A DNA stretch of 53,033 nt, the filler included, from Sphacelaria rigidula (taxonomy: Eukaryota), in NCBI GenBank assembly GCA_964200075.2. It is 4 parts of 4 records of this genome, joined end to end, with 100 filler letters (N's around TTAATTAATTAA, not from the genome) between each part and the next. Parts side by side here need not be neighbours in the genome. Positions count along the whole stretch, not along the records: positions 26,571 to 39,754 come from CAXNAA020003086.1; positions 39,855 to 53,033 come from CAXNAA020003087.1; 2 more parts are not named here. One strand, 5' to 3'. Position numbers and translations under genes: made by a program. Positions 37,853 through 50,440 of the stretch are shown here, piece by piece. Within the stretch, counting starts at the first letter, position 1. Each line of letters starts with the position of its first letter. Under the pieces are notes generated by a model. That model saw nothing but the letters and a program-made list of their open reading frames with translations. It did no database searches and was not told the DNA's origin.

Positions 37853-38599
37853 GGAAAATATGTCGCTTCTTTTGCATGTTTGTGGAATATACAATACCTT
37901 TGGTTAAAAACAGCAGTATCTCTCAGCGTGTGTCCTCGCTTTGCAGACGTTTTTTCGGAGAGATTGGTTTCTGGGGGCTATTCGTGCGATGTTGGTCGAT
38001 GCCGTTCTCCATATCCATCGAAGCGTATTAAGGCTGTCAAGTGGTATGAGAAGAAGTTTGGAGAAACTGGAGCGATTGAAAAAATATAAGATGAGAGAGT
38101 CATCATTTCCCCCTCTTTTTTTGGCGTGTTCAAACTTGATTATCAAGAGTATCTCTGCTGTATAATGTGTGTTTGCTGCGTTCAATCGTTGTATGAAGAT
38201 GTGTGCTTAACGGTAGGGTTGCCATATAGTCAAGAAATAGGCTGTAGTTACCATGTAGTTGGGGCGAAGCAAGAGGTAAGAATGTAGGTTATATATAGAT
38301 GACAAGGCGGGGAACACGGATGTCGTTTGAGGGGCTGGTTGTCCTCGTTGTCCTGGTTGAATAGTTGCGCTCCCTTTAGTTGTGTATTTCGTGACCGGCG
38401 GGCACTTCCTGAATGCAATTTGATGACGTGCGCACGTATCGAGGCTGCCGGGTGCTCATTGTCATCAAGGGAGGAGGGAAGATCCATGGCGTTGGTGCCC
38501 GTACGTTTGTTTGGTCAAACCTGGCAACGTTTCCACACTAAAGTAGTCAGCGTCAGAAGTTTTCAGAATTCGTAGTTGTTGTTGAATTTTTCTTCAGTA

Positions 38600-39250
38600 A
38601 TATTCTTCATTACTACTTGAATGTGCCAGCGCGGGTAGATTTAGGTGAAAGCGTAGGCCGCGCTCAAGCTGCAGTGCCCAAGTTGGTGTTTTTGGGGCGA
38701 TACGGACTAGATACTCCGCTCATCAGGAGGGTGTCATTGACCGTTTTTGGTCCAATAAAAACAGTTTCCCGGCTCTTCCGCAACGAAACGATAAATATTC
38801 CGATAAATGAATTCGTAAACAATTCTTCACAACGATCGAAATTGTGTTTTCCTCCTATACTGCACAGACGTCAGTCTAGCATTTTCTGCGGATGGCCTCT
38901 TTTCGGGGTTTCCCGCATAAGATTTTCCATGAGCACTCGAAAGTGCTAGCGTCGACAGTTTCGGCAAAATAAGCAGACCGTACTCAAATCACAATGCCTA
39001 AGTTGGTGTTGTGGGGGCCATACGGCATAAAGACCCCGTTCATCACAAGGGTGTTATTGACCGCGAATGGTCCGAGGAACATCGTTTTCAGGCTTAAGCG
39101 CAGTGATCACGTGGAATTTCAAAAAAATAATCCTCTTTGCGTTTTCACTTATATGATCGGGATCGAATCGGTCCACCGAAAATGCCGCAAACCTAAAACT
39201 TAGGGTTGCACTTTCGCAGGGCCCCCGAAGATCGATCAAGCCCGTAAGTC
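38600..39250 (+). repeat. Interspersed repeat with internal duplication; homologous to 47635-47960
   Basis: AGCACTCGAAAG.GC.AG.GTCGA...GGGGCCATACGG.AT.AAGACCC.GT.CATCA..GGGTGTTA.TGACC occurs at 38930-39065 and 47646-47780. A diverged copy lies at 38670-38750. Confidence 0.7.
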
Positions 39251-39754
39251 ACTTGATGTTGATCGATATTTTTTCTTTGAAAATATTTGTCAAGAGGATA
39301 AAAATATCTCCAGATGCCCATTTTTGGCCCCCGAAACAAATTTGGGAAATCTTTGAGGGACTAAGAAATCACGAATTCTGCATACTTGTAACGCTGACTA
39401 CTGTAGTGCGAAGTTTTGAAGTATTGTCCGACGAGAGATGCCCCATGCCCGTCATTCCAGTGGACCCCCGTACAATACCACAGAGATCGGACGGTAGTAG
39501 AGGCGTAGCAACACAAAAGCAACTTTTTGCGTAACCGACGTACAAGCACGGCCCGTCTTTTCGAAATCGTATTTAATCTCCGCCCGTTGAAGCTGTCCCC
39601 CGCGCCCATGGTGAGACACCCGTGAGGCAGTGTAACCATTGAACAACAAATTGTGCGAATTGAGGTTTAACTTTGAGATAAGGTTCATGCCTAAAACAGT
39701 GCTTTCCCCACACTTTCAACGATGGTGCCCAATGACGTTTTTGTCGGCCTATTG

Positions 39755-39854
39755 NNNNNNNNNNNNNNNNNNNNNNNNNNNNNNNNNNNNNNNNNNNNTT
39801 AATTAATTAANNNNNNNNNNNNNNNNNNNNNNNNNNNNNNNNNNNNNNNNNNNN
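39755..39854. other. Artificial contig linker (N44-TTAATTAATTAA-N44)
   Basis: Same 100-nt linker. Confidence 0.98.
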
Positions 39855-40141
39855 CCGAAAACTGAACCCTGAGAAGAGACATCCGCAGCAACTCAGGATT
39901 AATTTTCAAATTTTCAAATAAATCCTGAGTTGCTGAACACCCCAAAGGGTTGATTCCACACTCAGGGGTATGAAACGGCACTAGACACCCTGCCCCATAA
40001 CGACCAAGCTTACAGAAAACAGCCGTACCGTGCGTGGGACAAATATCGTAAGTGAGGCGATGGTGAACGCCGTAAACGCCCGCGACAGCGCTGGTGATGT
40101 CAGCTCCTTCACGAGGGTGAACCAAGACTACGAGGAGCATT

Positions 40142-40407
40142 TGGAGGCGGACGGAGGAGCCGAGACACCAGTCGACCTGGCTTATGATGATGCGAAAGGG
40201 CGGGAGTCGGCCGCTCAAGCAGCTGCTACGAGAACTTGACAAAATGGCCACCCAACGTGAAGCTTGCGTTCGCTCGCGCAGGTACACCACCGTTGTGTGG
40301 CCATTATGTCGAGACCCTCGTAGCGTCTGCATGAGTGGCCCACTTCAGCCCTTCCACGCCATCTTTAGCCAGGTCGACAGGGGTCTCTGTTCCCCTGTTC
40401 GCCTCCA
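40142..40407. other. Long imperfect hairpin (inverted duplication), candidate hairpin-RNA/miRNA precursor
   Basis: 40142-40258 is complementary to 40290-40407 with an ~30-nt loop. The outer ~90 bp is ungapped, for example GTCGACCTGGCT / AGCCAGGTCGAC and TGACAAAATGGCCACCCAACG / CGTTGTGTGGCCATTATGTCG. Confidence 0.75.
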
Positions 40408-42419
40408 CGCATCTAGGATTACTGCGTATAGTTCACATTCATCGGGAACTACTGTACTTTCTCACAGTATGCAAACGTACACACACGGGCATGCTCACAC
40501 TTTTGCTACAGACAGTAGTACCGTACACAACACTCACTACAGGAAGTATACAAAACTGTCTACGGACAGCACAGTCAGTGCAACAACAGCACTACAACAG
40601 TACAAATCTCAGCTGTCTCAACTCAATAGTGCTGTACGGCACACCGACATGTGCAGGACTTGTGAAGGACTTTCGGGCGCCGAGGTGCACTGCCCTTGTA
40701 CCCAACGCTGTGAACTGTGCCGGGTTCGTACCCGGAGGCTGTGTTGACGACACTGTGTGTGAGTTGTCGTCCCATCTATTCTGGACGCCGGTCTACACCT
40801 CGCCGTATACGTCGGCGCACCAGCCGGGGTCACACAGGAGGAGGGTCAACACAGGAGTTTTTTTCTTCATTTTTTGTTTGTTTTCAGTACTCCACCTTTC
40901 TTCTGCAGTGCTTGCCTTTATATTTTATCGCGAGAGGGGTTCAGCAGTCCTTTTCCCTCGTCGACCGTTAAGTCGAATATACTGCTGTCGCGTATTCAAC
41001 GGGACGGGGACAGCATAAACAACTCAAGTCATGCTAGGATAGGACGGGGGGTATTGTGGGCCGTTGCTTCCACTAAATTCAACTTCGAATCGATTTTAGC
41101 AGCAACGATCTTTAGAACGGGCGTGTTGCCGATAAACAACGCTTATTCATACTGCTTGACGCCATTTCACCCAAATACACGCGCACGGCGAGTGTGTCGG
41201 ATTGTCCGAAACATCCATGAGTCTGTTTCCCCTGGAATTAAACACCCAACTTATGGTAGCACGGCTCTGTATGTACTCTCCTACGGTAACACCGCATGGG
41301 TGGGCGCAGAGTACAAGCGCAGTGAAGCACGACGCGACCTGTACCTTTTGAACTCATGACACCGACCACGTGGCATTCGGAACAGAAAATACAAAACCCT
41401 GAAAAGTTTGCCCCCGTCCACACCTACGTGGTGAAAAAAATAAAAACAAACCTGGCGTTTAACCGTAAACAATCCAGTCGTTTCTCGCTGTTATCCCTGA
41501 GTTTAGATTTTTTTTCCGAAACTCTCTATTATATCTCAAGTATGGTGTACGCTTTGAAAAAGATCCAGACGCGATGGATGCCGGAGCCCGTGCAGATTGG
41601 GAAAAGCTTCAAAAGGAGCCGCAGAAGTTTGCGTGCATTGCTATGGACAGTTGTCGAATGCGTTTGATATACAAATATATTTTGGTCACAAAATATAGTG
41701 ACAGAAGAGGCGACACGGTATATATGCTTTCTTACACTTATCTGGCCACCGGTGCGGGACCTCCCATCCCCTTCACAGCATGTGATATATCTTGACTTAA
41801 TATCACGACGACAGAAAAAAGCGGGTCGATATGCGCCGTATGGTACCCCTGTGATCACCGGTGCTGTGCTACCTGTACCCTGAACAATACGATATGTTCC
41901 AATATGATAATACGTCGTATTGGAGGCAGCGCAAATACTGTCCCTTTTTATCCTCGGAGGCATTGAAGCAACAGCATATATTTTCCGGGTCATGATCGCG
42001 AAGGACTGCAGAACAACATATATTGGACACGCATTTGCTCCGGGAACACAACATCTAATACACATTGTGCACACCGATTGTGTATGTACTGAAGTGTCAA
42101 TATATATATATATATATATATATATATTGAGTCGAAGCGAAGCGTAGCATATTGTTAACATGATATGCATTCAACGCAAACCATGCAAAAGTAATTGCTT
42201 TTCTAATATAGATATTGCGCACGCCCATCGCATAGCTATTGTGCAGCCAATATATATTGAACACACTCGCGGAAGAACATATTGAGCGTTTTCGGCATGT
42301 GGTGATACATCTTTGAATGGCGCCCGCGAACATACAAATGCCCATTATACTTATTCCAATACACTTTCCAATTTACATGTTGGAAATCAATATATATATA
42401 TATATACAAGCCGCACGGA

Positions 42420-42906
42420 ACCCGGGGCTTCGCCCCGCTCCCGTCCGTCTTTTTCGAGGGTCTCGGTGTTTCTACCTTGCCAAGCCCTCGTAAGAATGGA
42501 TCCTCTCTCGAAATGTCCATCTTGCATATAAAACAAAAACACACGTGAACTCCTCCAGGATTGCGGGTATGAACGACGAGCAAAAGTGGGTATCTAAGAC
42601 AGTAGAGCGCCCCAGTCCCGCCCGTCTTCTTGGAGAGTCGCGGTATTCTTGCCTTGCCAAGCTCTCGTGAGAAATGATTCTCGGTTACAATTTCATATTG
42701 CAAAGCTTGTTGATCATGTGCTTAGTCGGTGACTCTGCGGTGCCCACTGCTGTGTGTCTGTATCTACTCTACTGCCCCAAATCCCTTCGGTTCTTGCCTT
42801 TTTACTACGAGTAAAATTATGTGATTCCCTTTTTTTCCCTGCTCCCTTTGTTTTTTAAAGGTCGGGAATCTCTTTCTGTGCTTTGCTTTTGTTTTTTGTT
42901 TCTTCT

Positions 42907-42983
<77 letters not shown>

Positions 42984-43160
42984 TTTATATTTTATTCACG
43001 TCTTCGTCTACTATGTCGTCATGTTCGACTTTTCTCTGCTCCTTCGTTTTTTTTAACGAATGTTTCAGTTTTGCTTTTCTTGCGTACGTACGTCTATCAT
43101 GCGACCACGGCTGGACCCATGGGTGGTCAGTCAAAGAGCGACAATCAATCAATCAATCGA
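42420..43160 (+). mobile_element. Probable 3' end of a non-LTR retrotransposon/SINE-like element with (CAAT)n tail
   Basis: Ends ...GACCACGGCTGGACCCATGGGTGGTCAGTCAAAGAGCGACAATCAATCAATCAATC. 43000-43160 is homologous to 51920-52067. The same GCGACAATCAATC terminus occurs at 14770-14803 and 44688-44700. Short tandem-repeat tails are typical of some LINE clades such as RTE. No RT ORF is visible. Confidence 0.55.
42908..42979. repeat. (TAT)n microsatellite
   Basis: Perfect ATT/TAT run of ~24 units. Confidence 0.98.
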
Positions 43161-45309
43161 TGAATCATACGGAAGAAATGGGATGAGAAAGACTAGAGTA
43201 CTGGATTGCGGGTGGAACGATGAGGAAAAGTGCATAGGAGAAAGATTGCAGCGCGACTGAGACAGAGGTCGACGGTCGATATGTCGTAGCATTCCCTCTG
43301 CTCGCACTGATGCCTTCGAGGTTACTGTGTCTGTTGACAGAGAAGACGATGTTGGTTGATGAAAGCGGGAAGGGATATTATGACGATGGGAACAAAATTC
43401 GCGAGACGATGAGGGATAGGACCGCGGGTATGAATGATGAGAGAAAGTGCGAAGATTGCAATGGAAGACATAATCGACTCCCGGTGTAGAAAAGCTGTGA
43501 TCTTACATAGCACCACCAGCTGGAGAAAAATACCCGACCCAGGACTCGAACTCGAATCCCGGTGTGAAGAAACAGGGTTCTACTCACGCACTACGAGCAA
43601 CACACATGTAGCCGACACAGGGTTCGAACCCATACCGACGTCTTGCACATCCATGATGTCATATTTCACCTACAGAATACTTAACAAACGGAGGACTCTT
43701 GTTGTGAAGGAACAGTGGTTTTTTACTCGTGCCCTACACGAGCAAAAGGAAGGAGCCGACACGGGATTCGAACCCATGCCGACCCCCTTAACATGGATAA
43801 ATTTACCTTCTAGCTACAGTGTAGACGCACATCTTGTAATCGGACCGCCAGATTCCACCTTCGGAAGATGCTAAGCTTTAGATATGCTACAATTATAATT
43901 CCGATATATAGACATTATGGGAAGCTCGCATGCGGGCGGGTGTGGACATTACACACTCATTCCAGTATAAATCGCCGGAAACATTGCAGGACCACCGCGA
44001 TCATACGTTCATTCGAACGGTCGCGAACGCTTGTGTACCCCCGAACAAACTGTAGCACGAATCCACGGATCGGACCCCTAGCATTGGCATTGGCCCGAAC
44101 AGTCATCTCCAGGGGCGGGGTGCGGAGGAACTTGCACACTAATATCAGCATTACATCTCGTGGACGCCTCGTTACAAACTATGATTTCATGCTCGTGAGT
44201 TCGAAATATCCTATAGATATACTATATATTGCTTCACCAATATGTGTTGTGACCGTCTGTTCCCTCGTGTATTGTCTGCCCAGTATGTATTGGACGCATT
44301 GACGCACAGTATATTGGGGCAGCAATCTATATTGACGCTTCGGGTCTCGAGTATGTTGAATCATCAATATATGTATCGATCTCGTGTGGCAGGCAATATA
44401 TTTCTCGACAAATATATATTGGTGCCTTACCGCACCACGATGTAAGTCGGCCAAAATATATTGAGGTGGCGCGTGTCGTGATATGTTGTTCGGTCGATAT
44501 ATATTGCGTGCCGCTAGCCTTGTCGACATGTTGAGCGGGCAATATATATATAACATATTGTATTGTCCAGGGTGTGGAAAACTCCGCCGCCTCTGCTCTT
44601 GAGAGGTGGCTCGACGACCACGGTGGTTGGGTATATCCACCTTGCGGATGATGACTATCGCTGGGTGAATTGGAGATCAATTCATGTGCGACAATCAATC
44701 AGTCAAACGTCTTTCACTGGGCCGCTTACACGGGGTACATGCTTTTATGCTTTGTAACTGACCCTGTAGGATATGGCGAACGATTTGCCTATCCTATAAC
44801 ACCTCAAAAGGGGAACGTTCACCAAAACACCAGAACGCATTCTGTTTCGACCATCCTACAACACCGGACCCTGAAGTGGTGTCTCAAAATACTCTGCGCT
44901 TCACCCAAGGTTTCAAACTTGCTTACAATTACACGCATTTTGGGACACATACCAAAATAGGGCACCCGGAAGTTTCAAACATTTGCTCGAAACCACTTCC
45001 CGGTCCATGTATTCCACGATGAGGATCACCTGTGGAGGTTTCAAAACACCGCATGCTTCACCCAATTTTGAATACTGTGTTTTTGTGGAGGTATTTTGGG
45101 ATAGCTTTCAACATTGACAACACTTCAATTTTCAAAATAACTCGAACCATGGGCAGGTTTCTCGAAATGAGGGCGCTGAGACACCCCCTCGTGCGTGGTG
45201 TTTTCAGAATCGCGCGCGTCACCAAATTTAGATTCTGGGCTGTAGATTTTGGATTGCCACGCGTCACCGGCTGTCGCAGTACCTAGATAAGAACAGGGTG
45301 CAAGTGCAG

Positions 45310-45575
45310 GGGGCAGGGGATGTACTGATGCTCTTGCATGTCGTAGTCGTGTAACCATTGACCTCGCGTCTCTACAAAGCGGGACGGAGCACGCTGGGCT
45401 TTCGCCGGACAAGGCTCACCATTAATCATCAAGCGCGGAGCGCTGTGATGTGTCTGGCGAGTGGCACGAAGGGTGTGCTTCATCCCGCTAAGATCGTTCG
45501 GCCCGACCGGTACTGATTATTCTGCATTCGGATCACAGCCTCCAATGAGCTGCTTCACTTTCTGGTATCGTCACT
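45310..45575 (+). repeat. Partial copy of the same interspersed repeat
   Basis: ACCATTGACCTCGC..CTACAAAGC.GGACGGAGCACGC and CATCCCGCTAA..TCGGCCCGA..GTACTGATTAT are shared with 49880-50125. Confidence 0.8.
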
Positions 45576-48500
45576 TGAGTGATGCGACAGTAGGGGTGCA
45601 AAAATATTTCCCGAGGTTAGAATTGTCAGAAGTTCTTTCAAACCACGACTTATGAAATAAGTGAGAGTACGCCAGAATTACTATTCCAATGTGCTAGGGA
45701 TATCCCAAATGAATTCGCAGACGGGGATGCCCTGACCCATATTCTTGTGCATCTAGAAATCGTCCGGAGCCCCTGAGCCAGGCAAGGGCTTGCGCAAAAA
45801 ATGTACCCCTACCGTAGCATCGCTCCCTTCCAGAGACGGTCATGGCTTACACACTTCCTAACGGGTGTCTCACCCTTGTGCAGGTGGAGGGGTACGTGAC
45901 ACAATCAACACGGGGCGGCAGAAAGTGCTACCCCATAAGCTCAGTAGCCACGGCTACGTAAACCTGCCGCTCGTCGGACCCTGCAAAAGCTCTCGTCTAC
46001 GAATCTCACACGATAGGAGTTGGGACGGTCCAGCAAGAAGGCAGCAACGCTATGCGGCAGTTGAGCCGTCGGCGGGGGGATTAATCACCCGCGAGATCCC
46101 CAGCACAACGCTAAGGTCGACGACGAGGAGGTGACTAATTCAGTAGCTTGAAACACGCAGAAGGAACTACTACCGCGACGTGGGGGCACGTACGAGTTGC
46201 CCCACGATTCTTGTGCGTTACAGGGTGTAGATGGTGTTATCACGCGTGTCTTGCGTGGTTCGGTGTTCCGCCCGACATGTCGTGATGTAAAAGCATGAGA
46301 AAGGCTGTAGTGAAAGACGGCGAATCGAAGGGCGGGGAAAACAATTCCAGCAGCAGGGGGCAGCCCGGTGGAAAATAACAAGGGGATAAAGGCAGTCAAT
46401 GCTAACCATTTTCCCCGCACAAGGTGAGAAGGGAGAACTATGACTTCTCGGGTACAGAGAACAGGGCACAGGGCACCAAGGCGTTTCTTTATCGCCTGAG
46501 CGGATCAGTATTCGAATGGTGGACACTTCAAACACGTCAAAGGACGCACGATACAACCGACCGACGCTGACGATCGGACGGCCGGCCGGCCACCCGGCGG
46601 AACCGCTGAAGTAGCGGAGGCGCCCTGCTTGTGTTGTTCATACATTTCGGGTCCGGTAACAGCGACGTAGGATTACAGCTTCCAGGAGGTACAACACCAC
46701 TCGAATATTTGCTCAAGGCGTCCCCGTGCCTATCGGTGTAAACGTGACGGGGAAAGTAGCAAATGGAGTGTGACGGATTAGCAGCGGTGTGGGTTTGTTG
46801 GACTGCAGCATATTGACTTATCTCTCTGGGGAATCCTCCCGCGGTACACCGATAGACGCACCCAAGGGAAAGGAGACGGGTGTACTTGTCGAAGGAACAT
46901 GGAGATGGGGAGAAGGCGGAGGAAGGTACGCTTAGAGGCACAAACTGACCAAGGCGAAGGGCAACACGCGGGGAAGATCATCACATTTAGATAGATGAAG
47001 GAATCCACGCATTGGCGGATGTACGGCAACGAGCAGAGACTCGTGCACCACGAGTTGAGCCACTAGCAATACACTTGGCAGTATCGTCGGGATAGGATGA
47101 AGAGGGCGGCAAGATGGACGAGCTAGAATGTGGTGTGGTACTCCCGCCGGGGCGACGACAAACCGTCGACACATTACTACGGCAGTCACCGTCTTAGATG
47201 GGCGACTTTCTTAGTATTTTCGAGGTTGGAGTTTTACGTCTGACCCCAAATTGTGGGGATCGAAATATATTAGTATCCACTCTACATTTCGGAAAGCAGA
47301 TCATTTGTGCAGCCGATGTCGATTTACGGGCTGAGCAGTTCTCGGGGGTGCTGCGACTACGCCGCCCCAGGTTCTGACTATCCGGACTTTTCCCCCGATT
47401 GAACCAATCCCGACCGTACTCGTGATCAAATTTGTAACACTTGGTTTTATTTTTACTTTTACAGCTCACGCGCTAGAGCCGAAAGGTTATGTGTTTTCGG
47501 CCAGCCACGACCAACAACACCATCCCTGACGAACGGGGCTTTGCTCCGCATCACCCCGACAGCACAAAGTTGGGGTCTGCTCTGTGAGCTCTCCGTTTGC
47601 CCAATATCTACCGGTTTACGAGTTGTCCTCAAATGTTCTTCATTAGCACTCGAAAGCGCAAGAGTCGATATATATCGGGAAAAGACGCAGGTCGTGCTGA
47701 GGACACACTTTCGGAGTTTGTCTTATCGGGGCCATACGGGATGAAGACCCAGTCCATCAGGGGGGTGTTACTGACCTTGGTCCGGAAAAAAACACAATAA
47801 TTCGGCCTTAGCGCACTGAGTAGACGAATATGAAGATATACACAGTTTTGTACATATCCTAACGAGAAGAGCCGAGATTGGTTCGAGCGGGCAAAAATAT
47901 CGAAGGGTCAATACCTGGGACCTGGTAGTCCCAGTACCACCGAAGACTGATCAGTCCGTTACTCGTTCATCATTGCTTGCAGAAATGATCTGCCTTTCAA
48001 ACGTCCATATCAAAAGTTTACCAAGTTTACCGCAGTACTGCAGAAGCGATGGTACAGCACACGCTGGATTCGAAATTTCATGCCCAAGACAGACGTTTCA
48101 TTCTCCGAGTTTGCTGAGATTACACGTCCGACCGGACGAGCCCTGTTGCCTGATACATTTGTCGATAATCAATTCCAGCAACGATAATATGCAGAAATGT
48201 TTTTTCAGAACGACGGATGGGCCGGTACAAATACCTCATCCGTATCAGCATTGCCGTCCGCTCCGCGTTTGTCGAATCCGAGCCCCATGTATCAACCGTG
48301 TTCAGATGCGCCGCGCGCATCCGCGTTCGTGGACTGGTCCGAACGAGCAGGCGCCATCAGCAGCCGCATCGTCCCATGTGGGTACTCAGGCATCGGCAAC
48401 GCCGGCCGATGCTTCCCTGGGTGGAGATACTACACGCAACTCAGAGGAGGCGCTGCCTCCGCTGCCTCCGCTGCCCTCGCAGGCGGCGAATGATCCGTTC

Positions 48501-49869
48501 AACGCCGTACTTTGATAGGCGGGGGTGAATCGGGTGCGCAAGAGGGCTAGCCTTAAGCCAAAGCCCTACACGTCGTCGCATCTATCGTTGGAAAATTCAA
48601 AGTTGCCAATCCCGCTATACGAGATGAAGGATATCGGTGCAAGGTTTTTTATTCCTCTCTGGCACAGGAAGCACGTCGCTGATAGGGTGTAATAGTGAAG
48701 CGTAGGTCGGGCGGCGCCGGTTGGATGGCGAGCATCTATGTCACGAATGTCAAACCTGCGGTGTTTTTGGCGTGCTATATTATACTTCGTACATAACACG
48801 CTTCGACGTACGACGCGTTGTGACTTCAAGTGTGTCAATCGCACGTTCCGAATTCGCCAAAGTCAGATGCGGCTACAAAAAGAAGGCATGCTAGTATGTT
48901 CTTGCCGGTGGTCGGTGAGCCTGTTTGTTTACGAGATGGTACAACAGCGCCCTCCGACACGATGATGCACGCGATCGTGGCGGCAAATTCTTGTTCGGGT
49001 AATACAGAACGAATTACGCAGATGGCATAACCCAATGCCGTCACAACCATGGAGTATGATCGAGCACACATCGCGGGAGTACGGAGAGGAACAAATAAAA
49101 AGTTGTGTCTCAGTGCACAATTGTGCCGCCCATCCCAACAGGAAAATGACGCAACAAATAAATTATGAATATGTCATTATTTTCATTTGTCGTCGCCTGG
49201 TGCTGACGGGAGACACAGTGTTTGCGGTTTTTTACACTACTTTTGCTCGGTAATCGTCGCAGTTACTCGATGTACTGTAATACAAAACGACTTGGTTGTA
49301 GCGAATCAGTCATCGCTTATTGGGACGGCGTGGGCAGACGGGCAGTCCCCATGAATATAAAAGTACCAGCCACCGCTTTTTGAGATCGAATACCAGTGAA
49401 CGAACCGCATACGTTTTTTCGTCCTTTCTGGGTTTTTTTTTCCCGGGAATGACAGGCAACACCTATTATCGGTGAATACGGCATACTTGTCCCATGGTGG
49501 TTTCTGCTCCGATCATTTTGAATGTCTTTAATGAGTTAATTCGTTTTCAAGTGTCGCCACTTCCGGATACAAGCCACGGCTTACACACTGCCTCATGGGT
49601 GTCTCGATATCCAAGCACTACTTCATATGATCATCCCCTTTGCGCGGAATCGAGGTTTTCCCACGCTGCACAATATGATTTAGCTCGACCACCATCATGG
49701 TGACCGCAAAAAAGACCGCAACCTGGTGGCCTAGCTTACACTGAGTGGCGTGTTTTACAGCATCGCTTCCAACCGAAGCCAATCCTTCAAAGACAGAAGA
49801 TGGATGGGGGCGCACTCATTTGTTTTTGCCTCAGACAATTGACCACACATCCCTTTCGAGACGATGAGG

Positions 49870-50440
49870 GGGGGAGGGATGTACTCATGATTTTGCATGC
49901 CACAGCCATATGACCATTGACCTCGCATCCCTACAAAGCCAGGACGGAGCACGCCGGAGTTTCGCCGAGCCAGTCTCGCAATCAATCGCCAAGTGCGAAG
50001 CGCCCTGATGTGTTCGGTGAGTCGCATGAAGTGTGATCTGCATCCCGCTAACATTGTTCGGCCCGAAGCGTACTGATTATCTTGGATTAGAATGACAGCC
50101 TCCAATGAGTTGCTTCATTTTCTGGTAGTGTCACTTCCTGAGACAGCCACGGCTTACACGCTGCCTCATGGGTGTTTTACTATTGAAACACTAGGTAGTA
50201 TGACCATCCCCTTTGCGCGGAATTGAGGTTCTCCCAGCACCGCACAACATGATCTAGCTCGGCCACCATCATGATTACCTAAAAACAAACGCAAGCGCGC
50301 AAAACAAATCGGTAACCCGGTTGCCTATCTTACGCAGAGCGTGGAGTGTTTTAACAGCCCCATTGCCAACCGGCGCCAACCCCATAGGGATGAAGGGGGA
50401 GGGAACGGGGAGGAGGAGGGGGGTAGAGGAAGTAATCAGG
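49870..50440 (+). repeat. Copy of the same ~570-bp interspersed repeat
   Basis: GGGGGGAGGGATGTACTCATGATTTTGCATGCC...CATCCCGCTAACATTGTTCGGCCCGA..GTACTGATTATC...CAGCCACGGCTTACAC.CTGCCTCATGGGTGT; homologous to 13410-13960(-) and 45310-45575(+). Confidence 0.8.

Noticed and set aside
42821-43186. Poly-Tyr ORF (and poly-CV/HT ORFs at 32837-33144)
   Set aside because: These are translations of microsatellites.
43530-43790. tRNA genes
   Set aside because: Only T-loop/B-box-like hairpins are present. I could not build an acceptor stem, D-arm and anticodon arm at proper spacing.
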